Below, in pieces: positions 1 to 12,205 of a DNA stretch of 64,000 bases (the first letter of the stretch is position 1; each line of letters begins with the position of its first letter). The notes below the pieces were generated by a model that searched no databases, was not told the DNA's origin, and worked only from the letters and a program-made list of their open reading frames with translations. The stretch lies in NCBI GenBank assembly GCA_964019425.1, contig OZ025804.1:682001-746000 (forward strand). The letters run 5' to 3'. Both the position numbers and the translations under genes were made by a program. This DNA comes from Flectonema sp. DT1601. Taxonomy: Eukaryota.

Positions 1-2
1 AA

Positions 3-3000
3 ACCATCGAATCGTTATCTCTACAGCTGGAAGGTGAAAAGTCTTCACTCTCTGAAGAACTGACCAACTCCAATGACAGAGTTGTTGAGTTGGAGAATGT
101 TTGCAATGAAACAACAGCTGCCCTCACTTCTTCGAAGGAAACCATCACATCGTTATCAACACAACTGGAAGACATTCACTCCAATAGATATAAAGACAAT
201 GTAATCCTCACTGACAGGAACATTGAATTGGAGGCAAATATTGAAAGTCTAATAGCCGACAGGCAGGACAGTTTACGAGAAAATAATTCTCTAGAAGATA
301 AAATAAGAACAACGCTAATGGAAATGGACCAACTGACGTCGGATAATGTCCTCATTGAGAATGGTATCTCAAATCTGAGAGATGTTGTTGTGGTTCTCAG
401 GCAAACTCTTTCATTACCGAATACTGAAATCTCATTAGCTAACCCTCACCAAGGCATAGCTAACCTAACTCTGATGGTGTCACAAGTTGAAGAAGCGGTT
501 GAGAGTTTAATTTCTTCTTTCGAAGAAGAGAAACATCGTGCCTGCGACCTTACTCAAAACGCAGGTAATGTAGAGAAAGAGAACAACAAAAAGATTAATG
601 AGCTGGAATCGAAAAGTTATAAATTAGAGAATGACTTTAACACCCAACGAGTAGAACTTAATTCACTCAAAGACAGTTATTCAGACCTGAATAGTGAACT
701 CAATTTTGAAAAATCGTCAAACTCAGAACTTCGAGAAAAAATTGAAAAAAATAAAAATCAAAAACAAGTCGCTGATGATGACCATCTTCTTGCAAACAAT
801 TCTTTAAAAAGTAAACTTGAGGCTTTGACTGAAGCCTTGGAAGAGTATCAAGAAAAGGTAACAATTTACAAAGCTGACATACACACTACAACTAAACAAC
901 TTGACAGCCAAAAACAAGAAAACGCTCAATTGCGTATCCAACTTGAAAACAGCACTCGAAGTGAAGACAACGTTAGAGAACAGCTATCTTCATTGTCTCA
1001 AATTGCATCATCGACGTCTGCAGAAAATTCTTTACTAAGAGAGAAATCCGTCACTTTAGAACACAAAAACCATGAAATCAGTCAACTTCAACAACAAGTC
1101 TCTGAACTTCTTATCCAGATCGATTCCCTGTCAGAGACATCGTCATCAATGAATATCTTGGAAGAGGAATATACGAAACTATCGAAATGTAACTCAGAAA
1201 TGATTGACCTGAATGAGAAAAACAAACAAGAGAATGAACAATTAAAAAAAAAGGTAACTTTCTTAGAAGAAGGGAACGCCACCTGTCTGGAACTACAAGA
1301 ACAGATCGACGCGTTGAACGAGAAATGTTCCGAAAGTGAAAACGAGCTTCAAACTCTTTATAACGAAAGATCATCAGTATTAACAGCAGCGACAGAAGTA
1401 CGCGACCGCTTCGTTTCCGAAGCGTCTCAGGCAGAAATAGATCACAAAAAGAAAATATCTGAATTACAATTTAGAATAGCATCCCTCACTGATATTGAAA
1501 ACAGCAAAGTCTCTACCGTTCAACAAGAAGCAGTGACAAAGATAAATTCAGCGAGGGCTGAAACTGCTGCGGCGAAGCTCGACTTAGAAAGTCTTCAGAT
1601 TGAATGTGATAAAATAAAAACTGATAACGAAATAAAAGTAAAATCAATTCAAAGTAATGAAACTGAAATACAACATACGCTGCAGACAACACGAGAAGAA
1701 CTGAACAACCTATCAGAGAACCACTCTCTAATTCAAGAAAAATATAAAACTCAACTCACAACGTTAACAGAACTCCGCAGGGACGTATTTGTTTTGCAAG
1801 AAAAACTTCAGGACAGCAATAATAAAAACATCCCAGCAGACACAATAAACCGAATGCTTCACAGCGAGAGACCAATGAAAGATTTATTCCTAGTCTCCTC
1901 CAGTACTCAGGCTACTGTAATCTCTGTTGATGCTTCTACTCAGGCAACAGAGTCGCATAAAAAACCAAGTTCTGTAGGAATTGAACTGGACTGTATTTTA
2001 ACAGAAAATGAGCAGGTTGGTTCTAAACTCAACACTCCGATGTCACTTTCACATCGTAGTAGATCAGAGTCTGGATCAATTCGGGGGAGTCAAATAGTAC
2101 ATTCAGATGTGAGTGTGAAGGGAGCTATTGAATTGGTAAAGAGAAAGAGTAGTACTCCATCTCTGACTACAGTAGATGAGATATCTCAGAGTTCATTAGT
2201 AGAGCAGCGAGTAAATAATGAGATCGCTGAGATTGAGTCATCCCATTCAACGAGAATATCATCTCAGAGTCCATCAGCGTTAAGACAACAACAACAACAA
2301 CAGCAGAGATCTGATGACTCGTCTCGAGTGTCATCATCATCACGACAGACTTGTGTCCCTCAAAGTCCTTCTGTATTAGAGCAGCATCGATTACTTTGGG
2401 TACTTCAGGGGAAGTTAGTAAAATCTCAACAAGAAGCTCTCAGATGGAAAATATCTGCCGAAGAGACTGAGCGAAGCCTTCGTAGAGAACGATCAACCTG
2501 CAGTAGTACAGCAGACCATTCAGAAGGGAAGAATTGTACTCCCGTAACACCATCTCTACGAAAGTCTTGTAGTGTTTTATACTCTCCTCCTGATACACAT
2601 ATCACAAGTGAGTCTTGTGACGTTATTTATGAGAAGGAACAACCCGATACCAATCATTCTCCACCTGATGTCATAAAACAGAATTCATTGTCTCCTCAAC
2701 AACCAAACAGTAATGAAGTAACGAATGTTATTAAAGATGACCTGAGAGAAGTCTCAGTACCACAACAGGATCGTAGTTCAACGACAGCTGTAATTGATAA
2801 CAACATAGTTCGCGATATTGAATTGAGTTTGAGAAATGAATTACAAAGCCCTACATTAAATAAATATCCACCAGTGAGCGAACGACGTTCTAGAAGTGTA
2901 AATGGCAGTTGTCCTCAGTCACCGTTAGTGGGAAAGACGTTTGGTGTTGCGGGAGGTCGACCTCCGCTAACGAAACAGAGTAATGTTCGCTCTTCATCTG

Positions 3001-3110
3001 CTCGGTCACCATCACCTTTTGGTTCCATCACTTCATCTGCTGAAAAGATTAGACGAAACATCGAACTAATTAGAAATCGGGTGTGTTATTTCTTACCATG
3101 ATTGAGAAAC

Positions 3111-3144
<34 letters not shown>

Positions 3145-3361
3145 CATTTGTTATGAAATAATTAAACCCATCCCACAACAGGTTGCTAGTTCTCGAACAG
3201 CAGCAGAGTCTCGATTAAAGTCACCAAGTATGGGTAGGCTCTCAAGGTATGTATTGCATCTTGAGAAAAACCGATTTTTAAAGGAAAAACCAAAAAAAAA
3301 AAAAATATAACAAACCCAACACAGCACTGCACTTAAATATTTGAACACACCACAGAGTTAA
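3..3361 (+). CDS. Large coiled-coil protein with Ser/Pro/Gln-rich C-terminus; 5'-partial; exons <3-3080, 3182-3246, 3325-3361
   Basis: The frame is open from the window edge and has heptad-like E/K/L/Q/S composition. Removing GT..AG introns 3081-3181 (phase 0) and 3247-3324 (phase 2) gives ...IRNR-VASSRTAAESRLKSPSMGRLSS-TALKYLNTPQS* with TAA at 3359-3361. Confidence 0.75.
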
Positions 3362-3660
3362 TCTACCTGCATTGCATTGCATTGCTTTTTTTTTTTTTTT
3401 TTTTTTCAAACGATTTACACTCAGCTTTGGTTAGAGTTTCACCCCCCTGTCGTCTTGCATAACAGGCGTCAATGAGACAAAAAAAAAAAAAAAAATAATT
3501 TTCCCTTTTTTATGTTTTCTTTTTTTTTTCTAAACGTAATTTTTCTTTGATTAACAACTACAAATATTTTTTTCAGTCGAGTAGTTTTGATATTAATTTT
3601 GTTTTTAAATACCCTAAAATTATTACTGTTTTTACATTGTCAAAGTTTCCCCTGTCGCGT

Positions 3661-3820
3661 ATGCAGCTAAGTTAGAAACTTTTATTTTAATATAATGTAG
3701 AGTACTTACGTCAATCGCAGAGTGTATATCTACATTAACATTAACTAATGTTAAATTATCGTTATGTTGTTTTATGATACAATACGTTAGTATTTTACGT
3801 ACAAAAATCGAACAGTTAAC
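3661..3820. repeat. AT-rich dispersed repeat family A (other copies ~8380-8555, and 8981-9880 interrupted by a MITE)
   Basis: Shared text atgcagctaagttagaaac...cgcagagtgtata...ctaatgttaaattatcgt...attttacgtacaa...tcgaaca; the 8981 copy starts at cgcagagtgtata. Confidence 0.75.
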
Positions 3821-4252
3821 GGGTGGCGTTTTCTTTTCCCTTTACGAATCTGTTCCTTCGTTTTAGTTTAGTATGTTACGTTGGTTTGTGTCTCTTCAGC
3901 TCTCTCTCACTCTATTTCTCTCTCTCTGTCGTCGGTTGGCAATTCTTTTTAATTATTTACACCCATTGTGACTGCAATATCATTACACTTATTAACCATA
4001 CTAGTTGACATGGCTAAACAGTTTAAAATCGGTTTTATTTTTTTATTTTTTATATTTTGTAATTTAAGTATTCTGGTCTTTTTGTTAACTGGTTCTTTTT
4101 CCTTTTTTTTTTTCCTTCTTATTTCTCTTTCGAACTTCAAAAAAAAAAAAAGTTTTTAACTACACCGCAAACGTAATTGCGCATCATTTTAATTTAATCT
4201 ATTTTTTTTTTTTAAAAATAGGCTTCTAACGTCCAACAATAAAAATAAAAAT

Positions 4253-5716
4253 ATGGAGCTCAGCAGGGTAATCTTGTTGATAATTGCCTGTGTCACTATA
4301 TTTGCATGCTGGTCTGCCTCTGCAAAAAGCAGAAGATGCGTCACAGTAGTGGTTAAGAGAAATGCAAACGAAACATTACTTCTGAACCCTCTTACTCAAC
4401 AAAGGGATCCCGTGGTCCACTATTCCATACCTCAGTCAACAGAAATTAGAGAAGATAGTTCTGGTCAGGAAGTAGTGTTCTACAGGTATCAAGAAAAGCA
4501 ATGTGCCGGAGGCTTTGATCTGGGCCGCGTCGCTTCCCTGGAAGAAGCGTTTGAAGCGTGTGCGAAGAGGAAAGTCTGCCAGTCGATTAGTTGTCATAAC
4601 AAAAACGCTTGTAGGATCACATCTCCAACATGTATTTTACAGACATCGGTGGCGGATGAGCATGAGGCTTATGTTATTATTGCTAGAACTCCTGAGAGGC
4701 TTCACTTGTATGAGAAACTTCTTCAAGACCTTCCTACTACTGAGGTCTTGAAGAACCAAACTGGTCGTCGTTTAGCATCTGGTGAAAAACACGTGAAGAC
4801 CATAGCGTGGGATCCTCAAAGCAGTGTTTGGAAGGATGGAAACTTTCAGCGGAATTATTCGGAACTTCCTTACATTGAATTGACGAGCTCGGATCACTTC
4901 ACAATGGGACCACTTGTTAACGTAGACCCGATTCATAAAATTGTCATTGTCAGAGTTGCGAAGGTTCAGTCCACAAACATTTACAGATTATACGACAGAC
5001 TTGTTGGTCACCAAGACATTATTAATGATGAAAAGGGTGATATCTGCGTGCATTCAAGACAAGCTCAAAATGATCCCAACCGTGAGCGTATCACATTCAA
5101 AGACTTAGACACAGATACGTGTAACCGTATTATGAATGACCCTACTTATAGAAAAGTTGTGTTTTTTAGAGATCCTGTTGATCGTGTTCTTTCTTGCTAC
5201 CTCGATAAGTTCAAGCGTTTTCATTATTCGACCTTCTTTGGTCAAGAGGATGGCACGACGACCTTCAGTGAGCTTATGAGCTACATTGATACAGATGGTC
5301 CTCCACCATACGGAGTTGGCCCTGGAGTGAATTATCACTATCAAGCTCAGCTACTTACTTCGAATTTATTCAAATTTCTCCCTCTCTTCGACTTCATCGG
5401 TTGGGGAAATACTGCTCACACGAAACTGATGTTAGAGAAGTATGGTCTGTGGGATGACTTTGGAAACAAGACTTGGCCTCATGGCTTTATGAAATCGGGA
5501 GACAATCATCCCACTGGATCTAAAGATAAGAAAACAACGTACCTTAACGATTCGACAATAAAAACAGCAAAACGTGCTTACGATATTGATTATCAATTCT
5601 TTCGTCATATCGGACTTGAGAAAGGAGGTCCTCCTGTTGATGGCAGTCGTTTGGTTCCATTCTTCTCTCATTGTAATTATAATAAAGCCTGCTGGCCTGC
5701 TTATCCTGATGCTTAA
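4253..5716 (+). CDS. Golgi-type carbohydrate sulfotransferase (Sulfotransfer_2/CHST-like) with N-terminal signal-anchor and Cys-rich PAN-like stem; copy 1
   Basis: 487 aa with a hydrophobic N-terminus. Motifs: 5'-PSB-like RVAKVQSTN, 3'-PB FFRDPVDRVLSCYLDKF, HYQAQ, and C-terminal YDIDYQFF. Confidence 0.85.
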   Translation: MELSRVILLIIACVTIFACWSASAKSRRCVTVVVKRNANETLLLNPLTQQRDPVVHYSIPQSTEIREDSSGQEVVFYRYQEKQCAGGFDLGRVASLEEAFEACAKRKVCQSISCHNKNACRITSPTCILQTSVADEHEAYVIIARTPERLHLYEKLLQDLPTTEVLKNQTGRRLASGEKHVKTIAWDPQSSVWKDGNFQRNYSELPYIELTSSDHFTMGPLVNVDPIHKIVIVRVAKVQSTNIYRLYDRLVGHQDIINDEKGDICVHSRQAQNDPNRERITFKDLDTDTCNRIMNDPTYRKVVFFRDPVDRVLSCYLDKFKRFHYSTFFGQEDGTTTFSELMSYIDTDGPPPYGVGPGVNYHYQAQLLTSNLFKFLPLFDFIGWGNTAHTKLMLEKYGLWDDFGNKTWPHGFMKSGDNHPTGSKDKKTTYLNDSTIKTAKRAYDIDYQFFRHIGLEKGGPPVDGSRLVPFFSHCNYNKACWPAYPDA

Positions 5717-5989
5717 AATGCTATTTTAAGCATCCAACTCCCTCTACGTAAAGAGTCGACTTACTAGTAAAAAACTATCCTCACGGAGTGTTGTTAGTTG
5801 CAAGCAAACAACAGCAATCAACGAGGAGCCTAACGTGGTCTTGTTCAGATAACGGAGGAATGAACAAATAAACGGAAAGAAATAAAGAGAGCCCATGCGT
5901 GACAAGGGAGAAAACAGATAGCGAGCTTTCTATTTTACTTCTGCTGTTTAAAAAAGAAATGGGAAAAAAAGAAAAGAAAAAAAAAAAAG

Positions 5990-6575
5990 CAAAACAAAGC
6001 GAGCCTTCATGAGCTATAGGTTTCTTATCTTTTCTTTGCCTTTGATGCGGTTTATATTTTTAGCACACAATCTATCATCATGCAAAATAGACTGTCGTCC
6101 CCAGCTCGCTGTCGATGTATATCAATACGACAATCTTATACAAATTTACGTGTGTACTTCGAAGTGACAAACGTAAAAAGGAAAACAAGGCGTGGCCTTG
6201 CGAGCCTTCGTGAGCTATAGGTTTCTTATCTTTTCCTCGCCTTTGATGTCTTCAAAGTCGAAAAATGCTTAAATGCAAGAAAGACTGCCGTCCCCATCTC
6301 GCCGGGTCTTCCCTGCCGCTGTATATCGATATAACGATCATATACAAACTTACATGTGTTTCGAAGTGACAAACGAACGTAAAAAGCAAAACAAAGCGCG
6401 ACCTTGCGAGCCTTCATGAACTGTAAGTTTCTTATCTTTTCTACGCCTTTGATGTGGTTTATATTTTTATCACACATTCTATCATCATAAGGATCACCGG
6501 TTCTTCTTGGTCGTGTCTTTCAGTCGAAAAATGCTAAAATGCAAGAAAGACTGTCGTTTCCATCCGCTGTACATC
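5990..6575 (+). repeat. Tandemly duplicated degenerate repeat related in part to the 3' UTR of the retroelement at 63117-63269
   Basis: gcgagccttc...gctata(g)gtttcttatctttt recurs three times. gtttatattttta(g/t)cacaca...cataaggatcaccggttc resembles 63181-63227. Confidence 0.6.
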
Positions 6576-6718
6576 GATATACAACGATCAGAGTCGGGAA
6601 AGGCTTTACAAATTTATGTGAAAAAAAAAGCAAAAAAAAAAAAAAAAAAAAAGAAAGAAAGCAAAGCAAAAAAAAAAAAATAGAGAGAAAAAAAAAAAGC
6701 AAAAAAAAAAAATTAATT

Positions 6719-6804
6719 TTCAACTATACAAAATAATGATATAACACTGATTTTTTGTTTGTGCACGAACCTGTGAACCGACTTAAACTGATAAAGCTAA
6801 AGGA
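6719..6804. repeat. Dispersed repeat with an inverted copy at ~48386-48475
   Basis: caactatacaaaataatgatataacactgattttttgtttgtgcacgaa...aaccgacttaaactgataaagc is the near-exact reverse complement of 48386-48475. Confidence 0.8.
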
Positions 6805-6929
6805 GTTCTTACAATAGTTGTTAAATGCAAAAAAAAAAAAAAAAAGCGAAAAATATACTAATTTACTGTGTATTTTTCAGCGACGAAAGGAGTTTCCATT
6901 TTATTTTCCCAAAAAAAAAAAAAAAAAAA

Positions 6930-7542
6930 GGGAAACCCACAGTAGTTTCCGAAATCGCCCACTTAATACAAAATATTTTTATGTTACATGAGAAACACAA
7001 CCTCAATAAAATAATTGTTTTATCCTGCTGACATGGTGTTCTGGTGGTATAACCGCGATTCTCTGAGGTGTACAGGTGGTGGGTTGTGTTAAAATCCTGT
7101 GCCTTGATGTATGGGTGGCGTACCCTGTTGGCAATGTAAGGGCGGTTGGTATCACTGTAACACCCACCTCCATATCGGAGACCACCTTAAACAATGTGCG
7201 GGTTAGAGGCAACGACGTTAACGGTACAAGCTAGTTGTGCGTCAATCAACATTGGCAGCAAAGGGACACGTGGTGCAAGAACACCCAGAATTGTCCAAAG
7301 CTCCGTTCTCCCGTATGTGAACTTGTCACGCGTCTCAAAGGTTTCCCCAGCAGAAGCACGCATCTTTGTTTAGAAAAAAATTGTGAGGCAACGCATTTTT
7401 CAAGGGTAAAGGAAAAAAAAAGTCTGCTAATTCGGCAAGTTCGATTCCGGTGGCGGATTTTTTAACCACAAGCCACAAGGCACTTATTTTGTATAGAGTT
7501 GCGGTTTCGGAAACTTTTTTGTGATCTGATTAGAGGTTTCCC
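6930..7542. mobile_element. Putative non-autonomous DNA transposon with imperfect terminal inverted repeats, in a poly-A tract
   Basis: Ends are GGGAAACC / GGTTTCCC. The subterminal agtttccgaaatcgcccacttaatacaaaata (6944-6975) is an imperfect inverse of tattttgtatagagttgcggtttcggaaact (7485-7515). A-runs flank both sides. Confidence 0.5.
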
Positions 7543-7579
7543 AAAAAAAAAAAAAAAAAAAAGCCAAAAAAAAAAAACT

Positions 7580-8048
7580 AACGTAATCTTGCGAGCTTTC
7601 ATGAGCTATTGTTTTCTTATCTTTTCTTCGCCTTGGCGACGGGGTAACCGCGAGACCTGTAAACCAGCTTGAAACTGTTGATGTGTTTTATATATTTAGC
7701 ACTGACATGATAAGGATCGCTGGTTCTTCTTGGTCTTGTCTTCAAGTCGAAAAATGCTTAAACGCAAAAAAAGACTGTCATCCCCAGTTTGCCGGGTCTT
7801 CCCTGTCGCTGTATTTATACAAAGATCAGAGTCGGAAGAGACGTGTGTGCCTCGAAGTAGCAAACGTAAAAAGCAAAACATAGCCTTCATGAGCTATAAA
7901 CTTCTTATCTTTTCACCTTGGCGACGGGTAATTGAGTAAAACCAGCTTTGGGACTGTTGATGTGTTTCATATTTTTAGCACCGACATCAGAAGGACCTGC
8001 TTCCGAGGGTTTGCTTTCCCACTTGTCTGCCTCTCTCCATCACTCTCG
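7580..8048 (+). repeat. Degenerate relic homologous to the CRE-like element 3' UTR
   Basis: Exact 17-mer ataaggatcgctggttc at 7710-7726 and 63211-63227. cttttcttcgc..ggcgac, ttccgagggttt(t)gct and tgcctctc occur in the same order in both. Confidence 0.75.
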
Positions 8049-8717
8049 TTTTTTTTTTTTTTTTTTTTTTTTTTTTCCAATTTTTTTATTATCATTATCA
8101 TTATTATTATTATTATTGTAAGTTGTCGCGATAGCTAGCGGTATCCTTAAATAATGGTCGTGATAATTTCTTACAAATCAAACAAACGCTTCCCAAAATT
8201 TTACTTACAAAATCAAACAGTTGGCCCCCTTCCCATTTTTTTTTTTTTCAAAATCATTGTTGATTTAATCAAGGAAGTAAGCTTGCACTCTGCCGTATTA
8301 CACGAATCTCACGATCAATTCAAAATTGAATAACTCGATTCCGTACTGCTCTGAATAACAACAAGGAAAAGAGATGTGTATGCAGCTAAGTTAGAAACAT
8401 TTATTTTAATATGTAAAGTACTTATGTCAATCGCAGAGTGTATACCTACACTGACATTAACTTAGTCACTGTATCTCAGAACTAATGTTAAATTATCGTT
8501 GCGTTGTTTATGATACAATACATTTTTATTTTACGTACAAGATCGAACAATTAGCCCCTTCCTGGTGTTTTCGTGTTTCTAAGTTTTTCAAGACAATATG
8601 ATTATTAATTAAGTACTCATGAGTTTTATAAAAAAAAACTGTTACGGTAACATAAGCAGGTGGTGCTCAACTATGTTCACGTGGACTCCAGTGGTATTAT
8701 TTATTCATTTAGTAGGT

Positions 8718-8960
8718 CCGGCGCAGTTATGACCTAAACTGGTTATCATCTTACCTGATCCTTTTGATTTTCATTTCTTGCCGAGCGATATGGCTATGTG
8801 CTGCACAATTTTTTGTGGTACTTTTCTGACTCTTTTCGGTAAGCCCACAGTAAAATTATAATGCTTTGGACAACTGGGTGAACGATCCTCTCTGAGAGTA
8901 TGGGCATATGGGTCGTATTATAAAGAAGGATTCATATGGAAGAAAGAAGATTTTTTATTT
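8718..8960 (+). repeat. Dispersed repeat family B, partial copy (others 14350-14853, 48535-48825)
   Basis: Shared atatggctatgtgctgc...ttttcggtaagcccacag...ataatgctttggacaactggg...gaacgatcctc. Confidence 0.75.
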
Positions 8961-9064
8961 TTTTTCGCCTCCACTCGTTTTCGCAGAGTGTATACCTACA
9001 CTAACATTACCTTTAGTCACTGTATCTCAGAACTAATGTTAAATTATCGTAATGATAAAATATA

Positions 9065-9843
9065 TCAGTCATTCCTTTTTTTTGCGAACAAATTCTGGAC
9101 ACTGAAAAAAAATTTCAAAAAAAAATTGTAAAAATTTCGATCGAAGCGGCATTTTAATGCGCTGCATCGTTGGGTTCATTTCCGTCCGAAATCGGGAGGT
9201 TGGCATCACATACTTGTCACCCGAATTGAGAAAAGAGATTTTGTGGTTTACTAAATCAGCTCAGCCGTGGACAAGTACCAAAACTAAAAATTAATCGAGG
9301 GGTCTAATTTTACACTGCTGGTCCAGCGGGATCCAGAGAAAAAATAATCGAGCAAAAATATATTAAAGAGTACTAAGCATGTGCCGGTGAGGCAGATTGT
9401 TACTACCTGTCTTTTTGGACCTACTTTGATATTTAATGATCATTATCACCACCACAGATGCAACATTTTCCTTACATAATTGCTACCAGGGTTGATTTGT
9501 TAGTAAAAAGGTGCATATCTCTTGAGTGCGGGAGAAGGGAAAAAAAATAGTAAAAAAAAAAAAATTAGGGGTGTTTTTTACTCAGATTTTCTCGATCTTT
9601 CCATTCCAGTTCTGGGATTAATATTTATCATTGAGTAGTACCAAGGAAATTTTGCGAAGAGACGTTTATCTCTTTTTAGCAGCACTTACCATGTTTAAAA
9701 GTATATCCCTATGCCTAATTTTACAGATCGCACCCTCCCCGATTCCAAAAAATAAAAAATCGAGCAAAAGTAACATATCGTGTAACCTTGCTCAGGCGGT
9801 GAGAAAATGGTGTTTTTTGTTCGCAAAAAAAAGGAATGACTGA
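9065..9843. mobile_element. 779-bp MITE with perfect 28-bp TIRs and TA target-site duplication (Tc1/mariner-type ends)
   Basis: tcagtcattccttttttttgcgaacaaa (9065-9092) is the exact reverse complement of 9816-9843. TA lies at 9063-64 and 9844-45. It interrupts repeat family A, whose other copies lack it. Confidence 0.85.
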
Positions 9844-10859
9844 TATATATTTATTTTACGTACAAACTCGAACAGTTAACCCCCCACTCGTTATAGCCAG
9901 TTTCAAGTTGCTTTCCATTTGACATTACACCCCACTCCTTCGTATCGTATCAAATTACCCCCTCCCCCCAACCTTGATTGTATCCAAGTTCCCCCACTCC
10001 CCTACTCCCAGCTCATTTCACAGTACTTTTATTTTTTGTGCTTGCCAGATGAATCTTTTCGTATCGTATCAAACTTCCCCCCCCTCCAGCATCTATGTAA
10101 TCTTGAAGCAAGTGATGTGGAAATTATTAAAGACCGGTCCTTCACGAGAATTTCACGAATGTTTCATTGGATTCAAAAATTTACTAGCCACGAAGTGAAA
10201 GAAAATAATAAAATGCAGGCAATCATAGTAGCACTCAACGAGGCTCTTAAAATTAAGAGAAAGAAAGAAGAAATGTTAGGTTGATGAAGACTTTAATGCA
10301 GCATTCGTAAAAGAAAAGTTCAAGAAGTTATTACTTTCTGGCTTACCGACTGAAACATCCTATGGACTCAGTAGGACTTTAGGATCGAAAATATTTAGCA
10401 CAAATACGATTGAAATAGAGCAGGCACACTAACGATGAACAATGTCCGTGTTATTTATATGAGGCAGTGCCCCCCCTCCACCAAAGAAACCGGGCAATGT
10501 TCAACGCCTCCTGTTTCATGGTGACAGTACTTTTATTTTTTTGTGCAAAGACCTGCAGTATTCTTCCCAGATAAATCTTTTCGTATCGTATCAAAGGTCC
10601 CCCCACGATTTCTGCCAGGCTATCTTGTGGGCTTAACACCCGATCCGAGCCCACCACCCCACGAAAGTACCATCCAAGAAAACCCAATTCCGCTACTGGA
10701 GAACCCCCCTAGCAGCCCGCCAGTTTCAAAATTTCATTTTTTCTAACTGTAAACGTCACTTTTGCCTTGTAAGCTGTGCATTCCTGTGTTAGAAGCGTGA
10801 ATGTATAAAATTTCTTACTTGAAAGCATTCAAGAATTTTATTATTAACCAGCTGATTGA

Positions 10860-12205
10860 GGTAAGGTCTGGGATGTGACATTCCGTAGTCTGGATTTGCT
10901 GCTTGTAAAATTGTGTGTATATCGCCGTGGTGTTGGCAACCAAGGGCTCAATTACAGCCTTAATAACCAGCAGGGTTCAGACTGTCTGCTAGAGACACCA
11001 TCCGTTACGTCGACCTGCATCTTAGATACAAGTCGTGAAGACTGAAGATGTTACGCGGCAAGTTTATTCCGAAGATTCTTGCCAGTGAGGCAGTAGTTGC
11101 ACACGTCCGTCCTGCGCCGTAACTTACTTCTGAAACTCAACGCTTCGTGGAGAACGGTAGACTGAGTATGAGACTACGTCTTTCAGAGGTGAGTCATCAT
11201 AGACCTGCCTAATAGGAAGTCACTCGTATTCACTCAGAGGTGAGTCATCATAGACCTGCCTAATAGGAAGTCACTCGTATTCACTCAGAGGTGAGTCATC
11301 ATAGACTGCCTAATAGGAAGTCACTCGTATTCACTCAGAGGTGAGTCATCATAGACCTGCCTAATAGGAAGTCACTCGTATTCACTCAGAGGTGAGTCAT
11401 CATAGACCTGCCTAATAGGAAGTCACTCGTATTCACTCAGAGGTGAGTCATCATAGACTGCCTAATAGGAAGTCACTCGTATTCACTCAGAGGTGAGTCA
11501 TCATAGACTGCCTAATAGGAAGTCACTCGTATTCACTCAGAGGTGAGTCATCATAGACCTGCCTAATAGGAAGTCACTCGTATTCACTCAGAGGTGAGTC
11601 ATCATAGACCTGCCTAATAGGAAGTCACTCGTATTCACTCAGAGGTGAGTCATCATAGACCTGCCTAATAGGAAGTCACTCGTATTCACTCAGAGGTGAG
11701 TCATCATAGACCTGCCTAATAGGAAGTCACTCGTATTCACTCAGAGGTGAGTCATCATAGACCTGCCTAATAGGAAGTCACTCGTATTCACTCAGAGGTG
11801 AGTCATCATAGACCTGCCTAATAGGAAGTCACTCGTATTCACTCAGAGGTGAGTCATCATAGACTGCCTAATAGGAAGTCACTCGTATTCACTGTTCACA
11901 ACATGAGATCGCTGATAGATTTACCGAAAAGGTTACGAGATACATGCTGGGTACAATGTGGTGCACGGATAAGAGTCGAATAGGACATTGTAAGGGAAGA
12001 AGTGAAAGTTAAAAAGAAATTTATTCGGTCTCTCCGTTCATCGGAAAGAATGGAACTTCCAACCTTTACAGTACATGCATGCAGACTCCACGATGCCTGA
12101 TTCCATACCCAAAGGTATAGTTAAAGGAGCGATGTATAGAGCCAGCATGATTTGTAACAACCTTTCTGACCTCCTTGTAGAGTTCGAATGGATAATATTT
12201 CGGAT
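10860..12205 (+). pseudogene. Decayed Penelope-like (PLE) reverse transcriptase fragment, interrupted by a 51-bp tandem array
   Basis: IRYVD at 11000-11014. FGLSVHRKEWNFQPLQYMHADSTMPDSIPKGIVKGAMYRASMICNNLSDL from 12024 resembles the PLE RT thumb (Y-x-H-x-x-S-x-x-P...R...IC). Stops and frameshifts occur throughout. Confidence 0.45.
11184..11893 (+). repeat. Minisatellite, 14 units of 51/50 bp
   Basis: Unit cagaggtgagtcatcatagac(c)tgcctaataggaagtcactcgtattcact; four units lack one C. Confidence 0.95.
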
